Assembly (NCBI GenBank): GCA_951406725.2
Contig: OX597814.1
Span: 212,536,001 to 212,600,000, forward strand
Source of the DNA: Octopus vulgaris
Lineage: Eukaryota
Reading direction: 5' to 3'
DNA length: 64,000 bases
Position numbers and translations under genes: made by a program. Positions 1 to 15,933 of this stretch are shown one piece after another. The notes under the pieces are model-generated. The model did not search any database, was not told where the DNA came from, and was given only the letters and a program-made list of their open reading frames with translations. Each line of letters starts with the position of its first letter. The stretch's first letter is position 1.

Positions 1-619
1 CATTGGACAGCTGTTCGGAAAATTCAATAGAAAGTAAGAACGAACTTTGAAGACTTCGATGAATAGATTAAGCAAATATTCTTTTATTCCTCTTACTAGG
101 TTTTATTTCTTTACTTTATCTGAATTTATTGTTTTATTTTTCGTTGGCTCACTTACAAAATCTATGAAGGAATCAGCTTTTGTATCAATTAAATACTGGT
201 TTCATGTCGTTTAATATCATTTCAGTATATTTTGATTGTTTTCGTTGGGAATATTTTAATAGTTTATATATCTTTTGAAGTTTTCGTTGCCTCTTTTACA
301 ATATTTTCTGGCAATGTTTGTTGTTTATCTTTGGAACTCGGTTCCATATGGTCATAAGTTTCAAGTAGTTGTTTTGTTGTTTTTTTTTGTTTTTTCCCTC
401 CATCAAATTCATAGCCTTCTCTTAAGTAAATGTATACATATACGCAATAAATATGTCGTGTTCTTTTCCTGATTATAAGGATATACTTATGTACGTATGC
501 CCTTGCATACACAATTATACGCGGCGATAAACCTCCCCAAAAAAACGCACATACATGTTGGTGTATATATAAAAATATACACGGTCAGACATGCACACAC
601 GTATCCTTATGTGTGTAGA

Positions 620-806
620 TACACACACACATAAGGATATGTGTGTGCATGTCAGAATATATTTGTATGTATGTATGTATGTATGTATGTATGTATGTAT
701 GTATGTATGTATGTGTGTATGTGTGTTTGTATGGATGCATGTGTGTATGTATGTATGTGTGTATGTATGTATATGTAATTGTGAATGTGTGTGTATGTGT
801 GTGTAT
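620..806. repeat. (TATG)n/(TG)n compound microsatellite
   Basis: Pure GTAT run at about 665-715 with degenerate TG/TATG flanks. Confidence 0.9.
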
Positions 807-1208
807 ACTACAAAAGAATAATAATATGAATACAAATTATTATTGCCAGCAATTTATATATTGTTATGTATGCTAAATAAACATGTTAAGCAATAAATAT
901 CTTAAAAGAAATCCCTATATTAAGAACAGTAATTTTACATGAGAATAAAACCAACGATCTCAGATGTGCGAGCGTAGTTAATATTCAGAATTTGATTTCC
1001 TTTCAGGAAAATCCTATTTAAACATACACCTATCTAATTATTATGCTGCACACTCGTAACTGTTGCTGGAACGTTTGTAATCTAGCGGTGAAATGTGATT
1101 ATTCCAATAGAGTATCTAATATATATTATATGTTGTATGATAATAAAAGCGTTTTGCAAGTGTTTCGTGTTTAGAACTATACTTCTTTAAAGATTGGTCT
1201 CTAGATAC

Positions 1209-1307
1209 ATATCATAGTTCCGAATAAGCCAGTTAATAAGCATCTGGACCACCAGCAGCAATATTTTCCAGCATTTGGGCAATGACACAAAAGTACCACA
1301 AATGAAT
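1209..1307 (-). other. Candidate 99-nt internal exon (unverified)
   Basis: Minus strand has a TTTTCTGTTTTATAG acceptor, 99 nt open in two frames, then a weak GTATCT donor. No partner exon was found in the window. Confidence 0.2.
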
Positions 1308-1529
1308 CTATAAAACAGAAAACTACATAATCTATGACAATGCTTTCTGAAAAGTTGGATAAAAAGCACCTTTAGATACAAGTTGTTTACGTCTTCTGGT
1401 TAAGAAAATGTATCGCTCTCTCTCTCTCTCACTGTAGCTGTCGCCGTTTTGGTATTCCTTAACATGCAGTCTTGATTTTGCCTGCACCTTTGGTCTATGG
1501 TCTTACAAAAGAGTAAAGTATCATAGGAG

Positions 1530-1560
1530 GGTAGATAGATAGACAGATAGATATGTAGAC

Positions 1561-1593
<33 letters not shown>

Positions 1594-1680
1594 TTGAGAG
1601 AGGGAGTGAGAGAGAGACAGACAGACAGACAGTTACAGACAGACAGAGATGCATACATACATATATACATACATACGCAG
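1530..1680. repeat. (GA)n/(GATA)n/(GACA)n compound microsatellite
   Basis: Directly visible. Confidence 0.85.
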
Positions 1681-2463
1681 GCTCGTGTCTATACAACTTT
1701 AACAGCTTCTGAATGAAATTTGATAGAATGTACTTTTTACTTAAACTAACTACTCTGGTCTCATGCTACTGCAATCTTCAGGCGATAACATTTCTTTTCG
1801 CCCGCGGGAAGATCTAAAATACTTTGAACCGGTTTCGTTGTTTTATATTTGGCTATCGTAATACTGCCTGATTTTTAATGTTGCTTTGTTGGGTCTTTGT
1901 CTATGCTGGTCTGTAATTTGGAATTGAGAGCGAGAGGTACCACGTGTATGGACACAGTAAATGGGGAGAAAGTAAGCAGATTTAGAGTAACTGCTCCAAT
2001 TGTTATTACAGAAATAGATATTGCCGTTTGTTCTCCGATGCATACTATCTTTTTCTAACTTTAGCTCACCAAAATCAAATTTTTCCAATGAAGTTTCCCA
2101 CAATTTCTCACCGAAAAAGCGGAAGAAAAAATTATCTTTTGCTAAAAATATTTATTCAATTTCGGCAAATTTAGGAGTATACATACGTATACATGCATCG
2201 TTAGCCATACATAAATAAGAACTTAACGATGAATTTCTTTTTTCTTGTATTTTCCGGGTTTATTTATGGCGTGCTTTATGGGTGTGCGGTTATTAGAATC
2301 GAGTTGTGTATTTTATAGATATAAATAGATGTGATTATTAGGAGAGGTTGATATGGCAACATGACTTAGGCTTTAATCAATGTTTATATAAAACTGCATC
2401 TATGAGTTATTAATATGTTTCGTTCAATAATGGTTTCAAGTTTTGCCACAAGGGCAGCAATTT

Positions 2464-3990
<1,527 letters not shown>

Positions 3991-4014
3991 TACCAGCCAA
4001 AACTTTTATTCGTC

Positions 4015-4045
<31 letters not shown>

Positions 4046-4096
4046 AGTGTGTGTGTATGTACGCATGTTTGTAGGTGTGCATATGTGCATGCATGC

Positions 4097-4167
<71 letters not shown>

Positions 4168-4170
4168 TAT
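4015..4170. repeat. (TA)n/(TG)n microsatellite
   Basis: Directly visible. Confidence 0.9.
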
Positions 4171-7124
4171 ATTATAATTATGAAACAATAATGCGGCCAG
4201 TTGGCACGACTGTTAGAACGCCGTTTATTGCAAAATAAGAATATATGAATTATTTCAAATGACACGAACCACATCTGTGAGTGCGACTACTGACACTGTT
4301 TCGTCTGTCGCAGACAGTCATTTCCGGATTGAGCTAAATTGCTACAAGATACGTTTGAATGAAAAATATTTCACATGATTAATAAAATGCTCGCTTATAA
4401 TTAACCAAACGTCAGAAAATTTCAACTTCCTGTCTTAATATAAAATATATGCTATTCTATTTTAAAGTAACTGACACAATAGTGATGACGACCAAACAGT
4501 CCAAACATTTCTTGTGCCTCAACATCTCCGCGATAGCAACTGAATTTCGACTTAAACGTTCTTGAGTGCAAGCGTGTAAACATGATAGAAATACGATTAC
4601 AAGAGACGCATGCAGACAACGTTATAGTAAAGGGTCTGCAAACTTTTATAACACGAAGCATCTCTCGAAGCCCAGGATACTTTGTTACTATATCCTATTT
4701 CAGCGTTAATTGCTTTCGATGGGTATTTAGTAGCCTGCAAGTGTCGACATTCCTCTTCAGCCCAGACTTCAGCAGTGCTATCTATATCTATGACGTAACA
4801 TCAGGTAAACAAGAAGAGAGCGCCAGCAGTAGGCCGGTTCTTTATTTATCGATCTCAAAATGTAAAAAGGCCGTAATGCCCGCAGAGGTATTCGGAATCA
4901 GAGCCCAAAGAGCCGGAACAAATACGGCAACGCTTTCTATCCAAAGCTCTAATGACTTTCGATCGATTGCTGTACACAGACACCCGTAGACACAGAGTTA
5001 TCTGTACATGGATATGAGATATAGAAAAAAATATTATATAGATATATACTCCTGATTTTTTACACACGCGTACTTTGCTGACTTCTAGTCATATGTTCAA
5101 TTCACATACGCACAAATTCACAACACTGAATAACTGATCTTTTTCTATGTGTATCCTTAGATCACTTATTTCCGTTAACAAAAGTCATAGTGCAGTGTTT
5201 CATATCATTCCCTCGGTAAATGGATGGCCTGGTTAGCATCACAACTCTTGTCTATGACGAGTTGAAATGAACGTACGGGATTATGGTGTCAGCATCAACT
5301 GAAGCGGAGCGAGAGAATAATAGTGTCGAGGAGCAGCATCGTGGAGCCTGGTTAAGATGGGAAAAATCAGTGACACGCAAATGTCCATCGGATCACATAC
5401 TTGGTCCAATATTTTGCGATCTTCTTCCCAATCCATCTAAGTTCTTATTCTGGGAAAAAAAGAAAGGTCACCGGCTTTTATCTGTGCTTGAAAGGAGGAA
5501 ATATGCAGCACATCATAATCAGCAGTTCAAAATATATACACGAGTGAAAAAAAACGAAAGACAGAAGTACTTAACACATTTGGTAGGAACTATATATAGG
5601 AATTATATATATAATTTTAATAACATTTAGTATCAGCTATACATGATTTAACTTGGGCGCGTGGTCATGTCCATCAAATGAGTCGCTAGGAGCAGTGAAA
5701 ATGTTCCTGTCTAGGCTTCCATTGCAGAAGTCAGGTCACGTGTATTAAAGTGCCAGTATATTCTCTATATTTTGAAACTTACATTTCTAGAGAGGTTGCT
5801 GGCAGAGTGTTGGCACCATTTTGGCAGCAGACTATCATATTGTTTTCAGTGACTAACATAGATACTCCCTTCAATACTGACAATATGAATGCCAGTTAGA
5901 TATCTCTTCAAACGTCGCATACTACAATAACCTCTACACAGCTAACTGCTAAGAAGATGCTGAATCTCAAAAGCTGTAGTCCATAAAGCCACTCTCAATT
6001 GAAATGAGGCATCCCAAAACCCAATACAGATATGACAGCAAATGTATTTAAGGAAAAGCAAATTCAACACATGCACCCACCTCTTCAGGTGCAGAGATAG
6101 TAAATGCTGTACCGTCCTGTTGAGCTTCAACTGGAGACTCAGTGACAACCTAAATGACTTCTCCAACATCATATACAGTATCTTTGGCAGCCTATCTTTA
6201 CTGACCTGAAGCTCACAATTGCCAGCTCTGTTTCTGCTAAAAAATACACTTCACCCACCAATCAGCAACATCCAGCAAGAGAAAGAATGAACTAACTTAT
6301 TGTTACCACCGTATATACTCCCTGTCAATTAATTTCAAGCCACATGTGGCTAGTTCTACCATCCAAGACCTAGTTAGCCCAAGACCTAGTTCCAAGACCA
6401 CCTAGTTCTACCATCCAAGACCTAGTTAGCCCAGACTCAAGAGATTGGTGCTTAATCCATGCTGCCCGTATTGGCTACAACCCACACGTGTTGTTCATGT
6501 AACCTGATCTATAGTCCAACACCATCATATTTCGTAACTCATTTGTAAAGACTGCTGTCGCTAGTATCCCCGTGCTCTACTGAACAACTACTGGACTACT
6601 GACTCCCTTCAACATTCCATCCCGTATGTGATGCCAAATACAATGAGCTAATACACTATGTTGCCGCTTGCTAGCAAAGATGTGCCATTATCCTCTCCAA
6701 ACAGATGGACATTAAAATAGAGAAAAAATCCTTGTCACTTTGCTAACGTTAGTACCATGTGTCATGAATAAATACCAAGAAACCGTCCTGAAATTTCTCC
6801 AATCTGCTAGTGGCATCTCCTGGGATGGACGTGTCCCACACCACCAACACCACACAAGTCATATAGAACTGAGTCAAAGTGACAGCTATATATCTATCTT
6901 TCAATATATTTGATTTTTAATTGGTTATAGCCACCTGTAATATAATGTATTTTAAATATCTCGATATATTAATATATTACTATATCTTATTGCATCTTAC
7001 TCTCTCTCTCTCTCTCTCTTTATAGATATGATAGAAAATTTAGACAAATACGCATAAAAGTCTAATGCGAAATCCATTTCCTACTATCAATTAATACTAC
7101 CTATATTTGTGTGTGTGTGTGTGT

Positions 7125-7159
<35 letters not shown>

Positions 7160-8112
7160 TACACAAATATCAGTTGAGTAAATTTAAAATTTTGTCTGGT
7201 TTTCACCATTTTTATTATAGTAATAACATTTTTTAAATGTTGAATTGTGTTAAATATCAAAAAAAAATATATTTTATGTTCATATAGATCAATTAGCGCT
7301 TTCATACGTTCATAGTAATCATCAGTTTTCAAAATGTATTAACTGACTGTTGAGTTGGGTGCATGACAACTGTAGTAAAATGACTGACTTTTTCCTTTTT
7401 ACACCTTTTAGAAGATTCCGACACGCTGATTTTTTTGTTAACAGTTTTGACCAGTCACCATGCATCATAAACGTCACGGCTTGCCCGACGCACCGATATT
7501 ACTGGCATAGATCCCGCCTTTATTTTGACGAGTTACCTTGCGGTTTACATGTAATGGTTTTATGAGTGAGCAAACTTAGTTGGTTTCGATAATTTCGTAC
7601 ATTCTACCTTTAAATTTACCTGCAGCATGATCTGAATTGTCAGGATTTTATCTCTCCACCACGAAGACGGAGAAGGCATCTATTCAATGTTTACTTGCTT
7701 CCATTACTGGTGGTATATTATGGTGAACTACATCTCTCAAAATTTTGAATTAAATACGAGCCCTCCAAAACGGCCGTCGGACTTGTAACGGCATACCGTC
7801 TCCCCCTTTATTTTTATCTGTCTTTGTACTCTGTGTAAGTTTGCTCTGTTAATATATTAATTATATATAGATTTACACTTGATTATTCATAGTCTGAAAA
7901 TGTTCAATCTATGTTTTCTCTCTATTTACATGTATACATGTATATGTTTTGTACATCAAACCCAAGCAGTTATAGTTGATTATTTACATCATACTTTCTC
8001 TGCATTTCCCTTTGTCTCTATCTCTCACTCTTTCTCACTCTCTCACTCTTTTCCCCTCTCTCTCTATATATATATAATATATATTATATATATATATATA
8101 TATGTATATATT

Positions 8113-8171
<59 letters not shown>

Positions 8172-8279
8172 CATATATACATACATATATGTACATGTTT
8201 ACAGGTGTGTTTTGTGTAAATGTGATAGTAGGTAACATAAAAGAGAATTAATATAAAAACGGAGGATATATTCTAAATG

Positions 8280-8332
<53 letters not shown>

Positions 8333-8606
8333 GCACACGAAAGACAATGGTGACATACGAGCCAATTTGTAATGAAATTCGGAATGACTAATGCTATTAC
8401 GTAATGAAAATCCAAAGGGTAGATATAGGCGAAGCCAGTAATTTGCATGAGTAAAAAGCAAGAGATAGTGCAAGAGTAGAGAGCCGTCACGAAATAAATG
8501 AAAAGGAAGTGAAGGGAATGATAAAAGGTAGGCGTACAACAGACTCCGAAATTTGTTAAAGCCATATAGAAAATCGGTTTGTGTGAACCAAGGAGATTAA
8601 AGTAGC

Positions 8607-8992
8607 GTGGAGGCGCAATGGCCCAGTGGTTAGGGAAGCTGACTCGCGGTCGTAGGATCGCAGTTTCGATTCCCAGACCGGGTGTTGTGAGTGTTTATTG
8701 AACGAAAAACACCTAAAGCTCCACGAGGCTCCGGCAGGGGATGGTGGTGATCCCTGCTGTACTCTTTCACCACAACTTTCTCTCACTCTTACATCCTGTT
8801 TCTGTTGTACCTGTATTTCAAAGGGCCGGCCTTGTCACTCTCTGTGTCACGCTGAATATCCCCGAGAACTACGTTAAGGGTACACGTGTCTGTGGAGTGC
8901 TCAGCCACTTACACGTTAATTTCACGAGCAGGCTGTTCCGTTGATCGGATCAACCGGAACCCTCGTCGTCGTAACCGACGGAGTGGTTCCAG
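8607..8992 (+). mobile_element. Full-length tRNA-derived SINE (family B) with TSD
   Basis: A box TGGCCCAGTGG and B-box-like GTTTCGATTCC. Flanked by TTAAAGTAGC (8597-8606) and TTAAGGTAGC (8993-9002). Head and body shared with 15155-15452. Confidence 0.88.
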
Positions 8993-10031
8993 TTAAGGTA
9001 GCATATTGTTTTAATAGGAGCACATAGTAATCAAACCAAATTTAGAATTGACTTTGCTGTGAAGCTGAGTGAGCATATTGAATTCCTCGGATAAAAAGTA
9101 TACGTGGCACGTATGGTTACAGGGGTAAATTTGATAAGAAAGCATTTAATTTTATTATGTATTTTATATTTTAAACTTCAGATGTATGTCGAATATCTTG
9201 TTGATGTTTCATAATTCATAACTAATCTCGTATATATACTGGATATATATGTAAGTTCCTAGTAGTTTCAATAAAGTATATTCCTTATTTATATCATCAC
9301 TGGCGGAATTTCCGAAAATGAAACCTCCGGTAAGAAATTGATTTAACTGGAGTGAATACAATATCAACGTGGTGTTGCATTTGCGCCAAGTCTGAAGACG
9401 AATTCCTTTAATTTTATATGGTTTTACACTACAATTTTTTCCGTACCAAATAAGATGTAGATTGATGTAGATTGATGTTTGATGTAATTGTTATATCAAA
9501 CTGATTGATAATACCGTTATCCATGTTCCTTTGATTGGTTATATTTATATACTGTAATGCATGCCTCAGTCTCATAATTAGTATATTTCCTTGTTATATA
9601 TCTTTGTTATCCTAGGTATAGATATTTGGGTTTTTTTTTTGATAACTGAATATTAATTCTAATTTTCCTCTCTTTACATTCTGTTAACCCGGTTTTCTTA
9701 TTATTGCTGGACCAGGGATTCATTTGTTATCCTTTTTATCATATATATGACTGAGTGTAAGTATGTTGTGTGCCTGTGCCTTTGTGTGTTTGTATATGTA
9801 TATATGTATTTATGCATGCATATAAGTATGTGTGCGCGAACATCGATGTTTATTTTTCTACAACTTCTTGTAATACATTTTTAGTTAGAGAATATTAGAG
9901 TATACAGCATGATCAAATCTTTTTCATTGTTCGTGATGCATACTCTGATAAAAATTGTTCATATTTATTGAGAACACAACATCAAATTGAACTACAACTA
10001 AAATGCAATACAATAACTCGTATGTTCTATA

Positions 10032-10251
10032 CAGTAATCCCTCGCCATATCGCGGTTCACCTATCGCGCACACAGTACATCGCGGATTTTTTCTGGCTAA
10101 TACATGTAAATTTATATCGCGGTCTCTTTAGAATATCTTTAGAATATCGTGGGTTTCTGAGGCTGAAAGGTATTTATATTGTTTTAAATTTTAATTAGTT
10201 TCGTGGGGGTGGAGGTGGAATGTAATACTCGCGATAGTCGACAGATTATTG
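10032..10251. mobile_element. Tigger/pogo-like MITE
   Basis: Left end TA|CAGTAATCCCTCGCCATATCGCG. Right end reverse complement CAATAATCTGTCGACTATCGCG is a degenerate TIR. No coding capacity. Confidence 0.65.
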
Positions 10252-11765
10252 TGTATGGAATTTTCAGCGGGATCTGATCTGTCTCAAATCGGAACTTAAA
10301 AGGTACAGCAATGTGCGCACAATATATTTACAATATTTACATTTACAAAATATGACAATCACAACATAACGTTCCCTCATTGGAGAATATAGCTTAAATA
10401 GATTATTTCAGAATTATGGGAATGCTTTCATATGAAAAGTTCAACTTTTATCTATATATATTTTAGCGGTCAACCAAAATCCAATAAACGATAATTATAC
10501 GGTAAAAATGTCCTTATCAAAATTTGTTGCTTTACTATCCATCGTAGGCTACAAAGTATCACTTTGTTAATCTGATCTCTGTTCCACAGTTTTCTTTCTT
10601 TAGATGTAAAATAAGTATATTTTATATATCATTATTTTAGTATGATCAAAGACAGCAATAAACATCGTTAGAAATGGACACATTCACTGCATTAATTTCC
10701 TGTATAGAAATATCAGCGTCAAAGTTATGTTTCTTTTTTTTCTTTTTTAAATATATATTACTAGATTTGTGGTGATAAAGATGTGTTTAGGCTAAAGAGA
10801 TATATTGCAAGAATATATAGTGCACATTATTATAGATTAATTTATGTTTTCTCTACTTCCTCTGTATTAAAACTTTTTTTATATTTTCAATAATATTTTA
10901 AATATTCTCTTTATAAACAGAATATCATTAATATTTAAAATATATACATGTTCTTATCAGATCGTATGTTATTATTAATCCGTCTGGAAATATGAATAAA
11001 TGGAGAAAAATTAAAATAATTAACCTCACAGTGAATTACAAAGAGGAATAAACGCAGTTGAAATTGTTTTTAAAATTGTGAAATTGCATTATATTTTCAT
11101 ATCTGTTTTGTTTATAAGAATATGGATTTTGGAAATGTATGTGAATGTCATAATTATTATAAGAGGTCGAACACTAGTTTGAGAGATATATTATCGCCGA
11201 TTTATTGTGAAAATGTGCATTAACTCTTGAATAATATAGCACTTACCCATGAACAATATCTGACACAAGATCAAAATTACTTTGACGTTTTAACTTGTAA
11301 GAAACATATATGTGTCTCCGATTTGTCGTATAGATCTTCGTGCACATAACTGCCAATAGGTTTAATGACGGAATCTACTGTAACAGCTTTAACAGTTTCA
11401 ATGCCTGATCAAAGCAGCACATCGTCTCCTCCAGCAATACAAGTTAGTTTAAGTTGACTGTGTCTATTCATCTAAAACTGAGGAACACTGCTAATACAGC
11501 TACACTAGCTTCCAGATGTCATATCCTGGATTTTTCTCTGAATCAAGGGAGTGAGGATTGAATAAGTGTCTGCTTGTAATTACATAGGCATATAAACCTA
11601 ACAGTGATAACATGCAAGTGAAAATTAATATTTCTATATACACAAATAGGGGTAGAGATGTTGTTCACGAATGATACGAAATGTTATGTTGGTGTATAGA
11701 AACTTAATAGTAGAAATAATTTTCTCCTAGTTTATCACTCAGATGTACGCAATGATTCGCGTATA

Positions 11766-11974
11766 CTCTTACTCTTTTACTTGTTTCAGTCATTTGACTG
11801 CGGCCTTGCTGGAGCACCGCCTTTAGTCGAGCAAATCGACCCCGGGACTTATTCTTTGTAAGCCCAGTACTTATTCTATCGGTCACTTTTTTGCCGAACC
11901 GCTAAGTGACGGGGACGTAAACACACCAGCATCGGTTGTCAAGCAATGCTAGGAGGACAAACACAGACACACAA

Positions 11975-12005
<31 letters not shown>

Positions 12006-12176
12006 CATATATACGACAGGCTTCATTCAGTTTCCGTCTACCAAATCCAATCACAAGGCATTGGTCGGCCCGGGGCTATAGCAGAAGGCACTTGCCCAAG
12101 ATGCCACACAGTGGGACTGAACCCGGAACCATGTGGTTGGTTAGCAAGCTACTTACCACACAGCCACTCCTGCGCC
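11766..12176 (-). mobile_element. Full-length tRNA-derived SINE (family C) with internal TA/TG microsatellite
   Basis: Minus strand GGCGCAGGAGTGGCTGTGTGGTAAG...GGGTTCAGTCCC (A/B boxes), then CORE-like TTGGGCAAGTG, internal microsatellite and an AAGAGT-type tail. Confidence 0.85.
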
Positions 12177-13120
12177 TGTATAGTTAATTTTTTTTTCATA
12201 CTAACTTTCTCCAAAATGTCGAATGTCTTACAAGATTTCTGTCGGACACTAATCATACATACAAACGAGTACATCGGTAGAATTACTTTCAAAGTGACAA
12301 ATGTGGACAAATATTGCTTTGGAAATAAAATATGGATATGTGGAAATAAGGTCTTTCCCAGAAAATAAAATTGATTCATTGGTTACGAAACAGTAAATGT
12401 GTAGTTCCTGGTTGAAACACATATAATGCTTTTAAAATATGAAATTGAAGTTATTTGGATTGATATCAAGACCAACGCTTGGATTGCCAAGTTGACTGAA
12501 TGATATATTATGTAAGAGAACGACAATCGGATCGGTTTTATAACATCAATACATAAAGTATAATCGTATTTACATACAAAATCAGCTTTGTGCGTTAGAT
12601 ATATATTCAAAGTAATTATTTGCATTCAAATAATATCTCTAATTATAATGCAGATGTGTGAAATATGTATAACGCTGCCAAAACGAGGTAGATATTTGAG
12701 CAAGCATGTCATTGCAATAGAGGAAATATAAATTATATTCAGGTGCCATGTAAACTTTCTTATCATCAGATGAATGGCGTTTAATATCCTTATTGCCAAA
12801 CATCAATGCCTGCAACTGGCGGCAGGCGAGGACATTTCTCGTATATGTTGAGAATTACTTTTCCTTTTGATTGAAGTGATGATTCTTTGAAAGATAATCA
12901 ATATACGCGCTTAATGAAAGATACTCCAAACGGTATTCATGAGTCAGTGATTTGAAACGTACTCATCGGATAATATAGCAATTCTATTCTTATTTCTATT
13001 CAAAATACATACGCATGATAATGTGTGTGTGAGCGTGCGTACTTGCGTGTGTTTGTGTATACACCTACACATGCATATACACATGCATATAGAAAGAGAG
13101 AGAGAGACATAGAGAGGTCG

Positions 13121-13459
<339 letters not shown>

Positions 13460-13954
13460 ATTTGGGTTGAAACAAATTCTCTCCAGCAGCCAGAAATTTT
13501 GGTCACATCTATTATCAGTGGACATTTTCTCAGCTACTAAAACAAAATGAAACACGAGGTTGCACAGCGTTATGTGTGACGATACCTATGGACTTTGTGA
13601 TATCGTAGAACTTCACCACTGGTGTTTATTTCCCTTTGAAAAATTTTCAGTATTAAAACTCGAAAGAATAAGACTCGGATCGATTAAATTAAATTGTATG
13701 AAATTAAACCTTTCAAGGCGGGCTCCAGCATAACTGCTGTGCGATTACAAAAGAAAGGTTAAAACTTGAAATTGCCTTGATCCCTATGACAATATTCTGC
13801 GTATGTATTATCCCTGTGTTCCTTTTGTTTCTGTTTATATATATTAAGCGTGTTGTTTCAATATATATATACATACGTAATTAACGTTAATAGTTATTAG
13901 CACAAACGATGCCATAGGACATTTTCAAACCACTCTCCGGGCGTGCACACATAT

Positions 13955-14360
<406 letters not shown>

Positions 14361-14741
14361 GCAATCACGACAAGATATGTATTCAAGAAAACAGTTGCTC
14401 CCGCAAAGCAAAATATAATTTGGGATTTGCGATGGGTCAAATTTGATAACAAAAACAGGACAGTGAAAACAAACAGTAAAGGCTACTAAAAGATAACGAG
14501 GTGAAGTATTCAACGCTGCAGAAACAAGCTTTGACAGGAGAAAAGATAGGAGAGGAGCGAGACAAGAATGTGTTTGATCACTGTGGCAGATCAAATGGAA
14601 AGAAGGGGACATAAAATGAATTAGAGAAAGGAAGAGAAAGGGAACGAAAGCGGGGAAAGAGAGAACAGTACAGAGTCGCATTAAAATTATGATAAACCTA
14701 CTTGAAAATGGATGCGTGGCGTTCAATCATATAATAATATA

Positions 14742-14801
<60 letters not shown>

Positions 14802-15108
14802 CGTACAATAGACAATATACAAAAAGGTGAAATATAATTAATTTAATAAAATTAATAAATTTCACCTACTAGTTTTATCGGTATGGAAAAGACCATATTT
14901 GGTAAGGATTATATTAATTATAATAAAGGGTTAATTGCAACAAGTTGCTCAAAACCACATACCGAAAATATTAGAAATGGCAGCCAAATAGGTCACCATT
15001 TCTCCTACTAGTAAAAAAGTCTCCACAAACAAACAGAATTTGCAACCCGTATATGGCAAGGAGAAAGAAAATAACGAAATCACAGCCTATTTGGATTAAT
15101 TATAGACG

Positions 15109-15154
<46 letters not shown>

Positions 15155-15158
<4 letters not shown>

Positions 15159-15450
15159 CGTGATCACCGTGACCGACCAGGCTATCAGATGTTGCTACAC
15201 ATCGTTGGACACGATGCGTTCGCATTGTTTTAGCTCTCAAATGACGCCACCCCGCCAGCTAAGCGAGCAGGCCAACAGAAGAAAGAGTGAGAGAAAGTTG
15301 TGGCGATAGAGTACGGCAGGGATCGCCACCTACCCCTGCCGGAGCTTCGTGGAGCTTTAGGTGTATTCGTTTTCAATAAACACTCACGAGGGCCGGTCTA
15401 GTAATCGAAACCACGAGTCCGCTACCCTAAACACTAGGCCGTTGCGCCTC

Positions 15451-15452
<2 letters not shown>
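15155..15452 (-). mobile_element. tRNA-derived SINE (family B head and body) with an RTE-like 3' tail
   Basis: Minus-strand head TGGAGGCGCAACGGCCTAGTG matches 8608. The tail (plus strand TCACCGTGACCGACCAG...CATCGTTGGACACGATGCG) resembles the RTE 3' end at 63219-63285. Confidence 0.8.
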
Positions 15453-15498
<46 letters not shown>

Positions 15499-15514
15499 CA
15501 TACACACAGATATA

Positions 15515-15580
<66 letters not shown>

Positions 15581-15614
15581 TGTACAAACTTACATATGCA
15601 AACTTGCTTATGTA

Positions 15615-15780
15615 TATATGCATATATGGGTACAGGACGTCATATAACCTAAACAACATGAAATACGAAATACGAAAACATGGAATACGGACATTTTTGC
15701 GAACAACAAAAGAAAAAAATGGTAAACAAGGCAAGTAACATAAAGAGCGAACATTCGTCAGTTGTTGGCTGTTGCTCGAA
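15615..15780. repeat. Dispersed (TA)n-associated repeat, copy 2
   Basis: Homologous to 14198-14360. Confidence 0.75.
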
Positions 15781-15858
15781 ATTTGGATGCAGATACGTAT
15801 ATATATATATATATATATATATGAGTATATGTATATGTGAGTATATATATATATATAT

Positions 15859-15933
<75 letters not shown>

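Noticed and set aside
4283-4328. HHR-like GTCTG-cga-CAGAC-GAAA-CAGTG-TC on the minus strand
   Set aside because: CUGANGA and stem I are missing. At best a heavily decayed relic.
4582-5630. ORFs of 135 and 115 aa in a GC-richer stretch
   Set aside because: No recognisable motifs or supporting splice structure. Lengths are compatible with chance.
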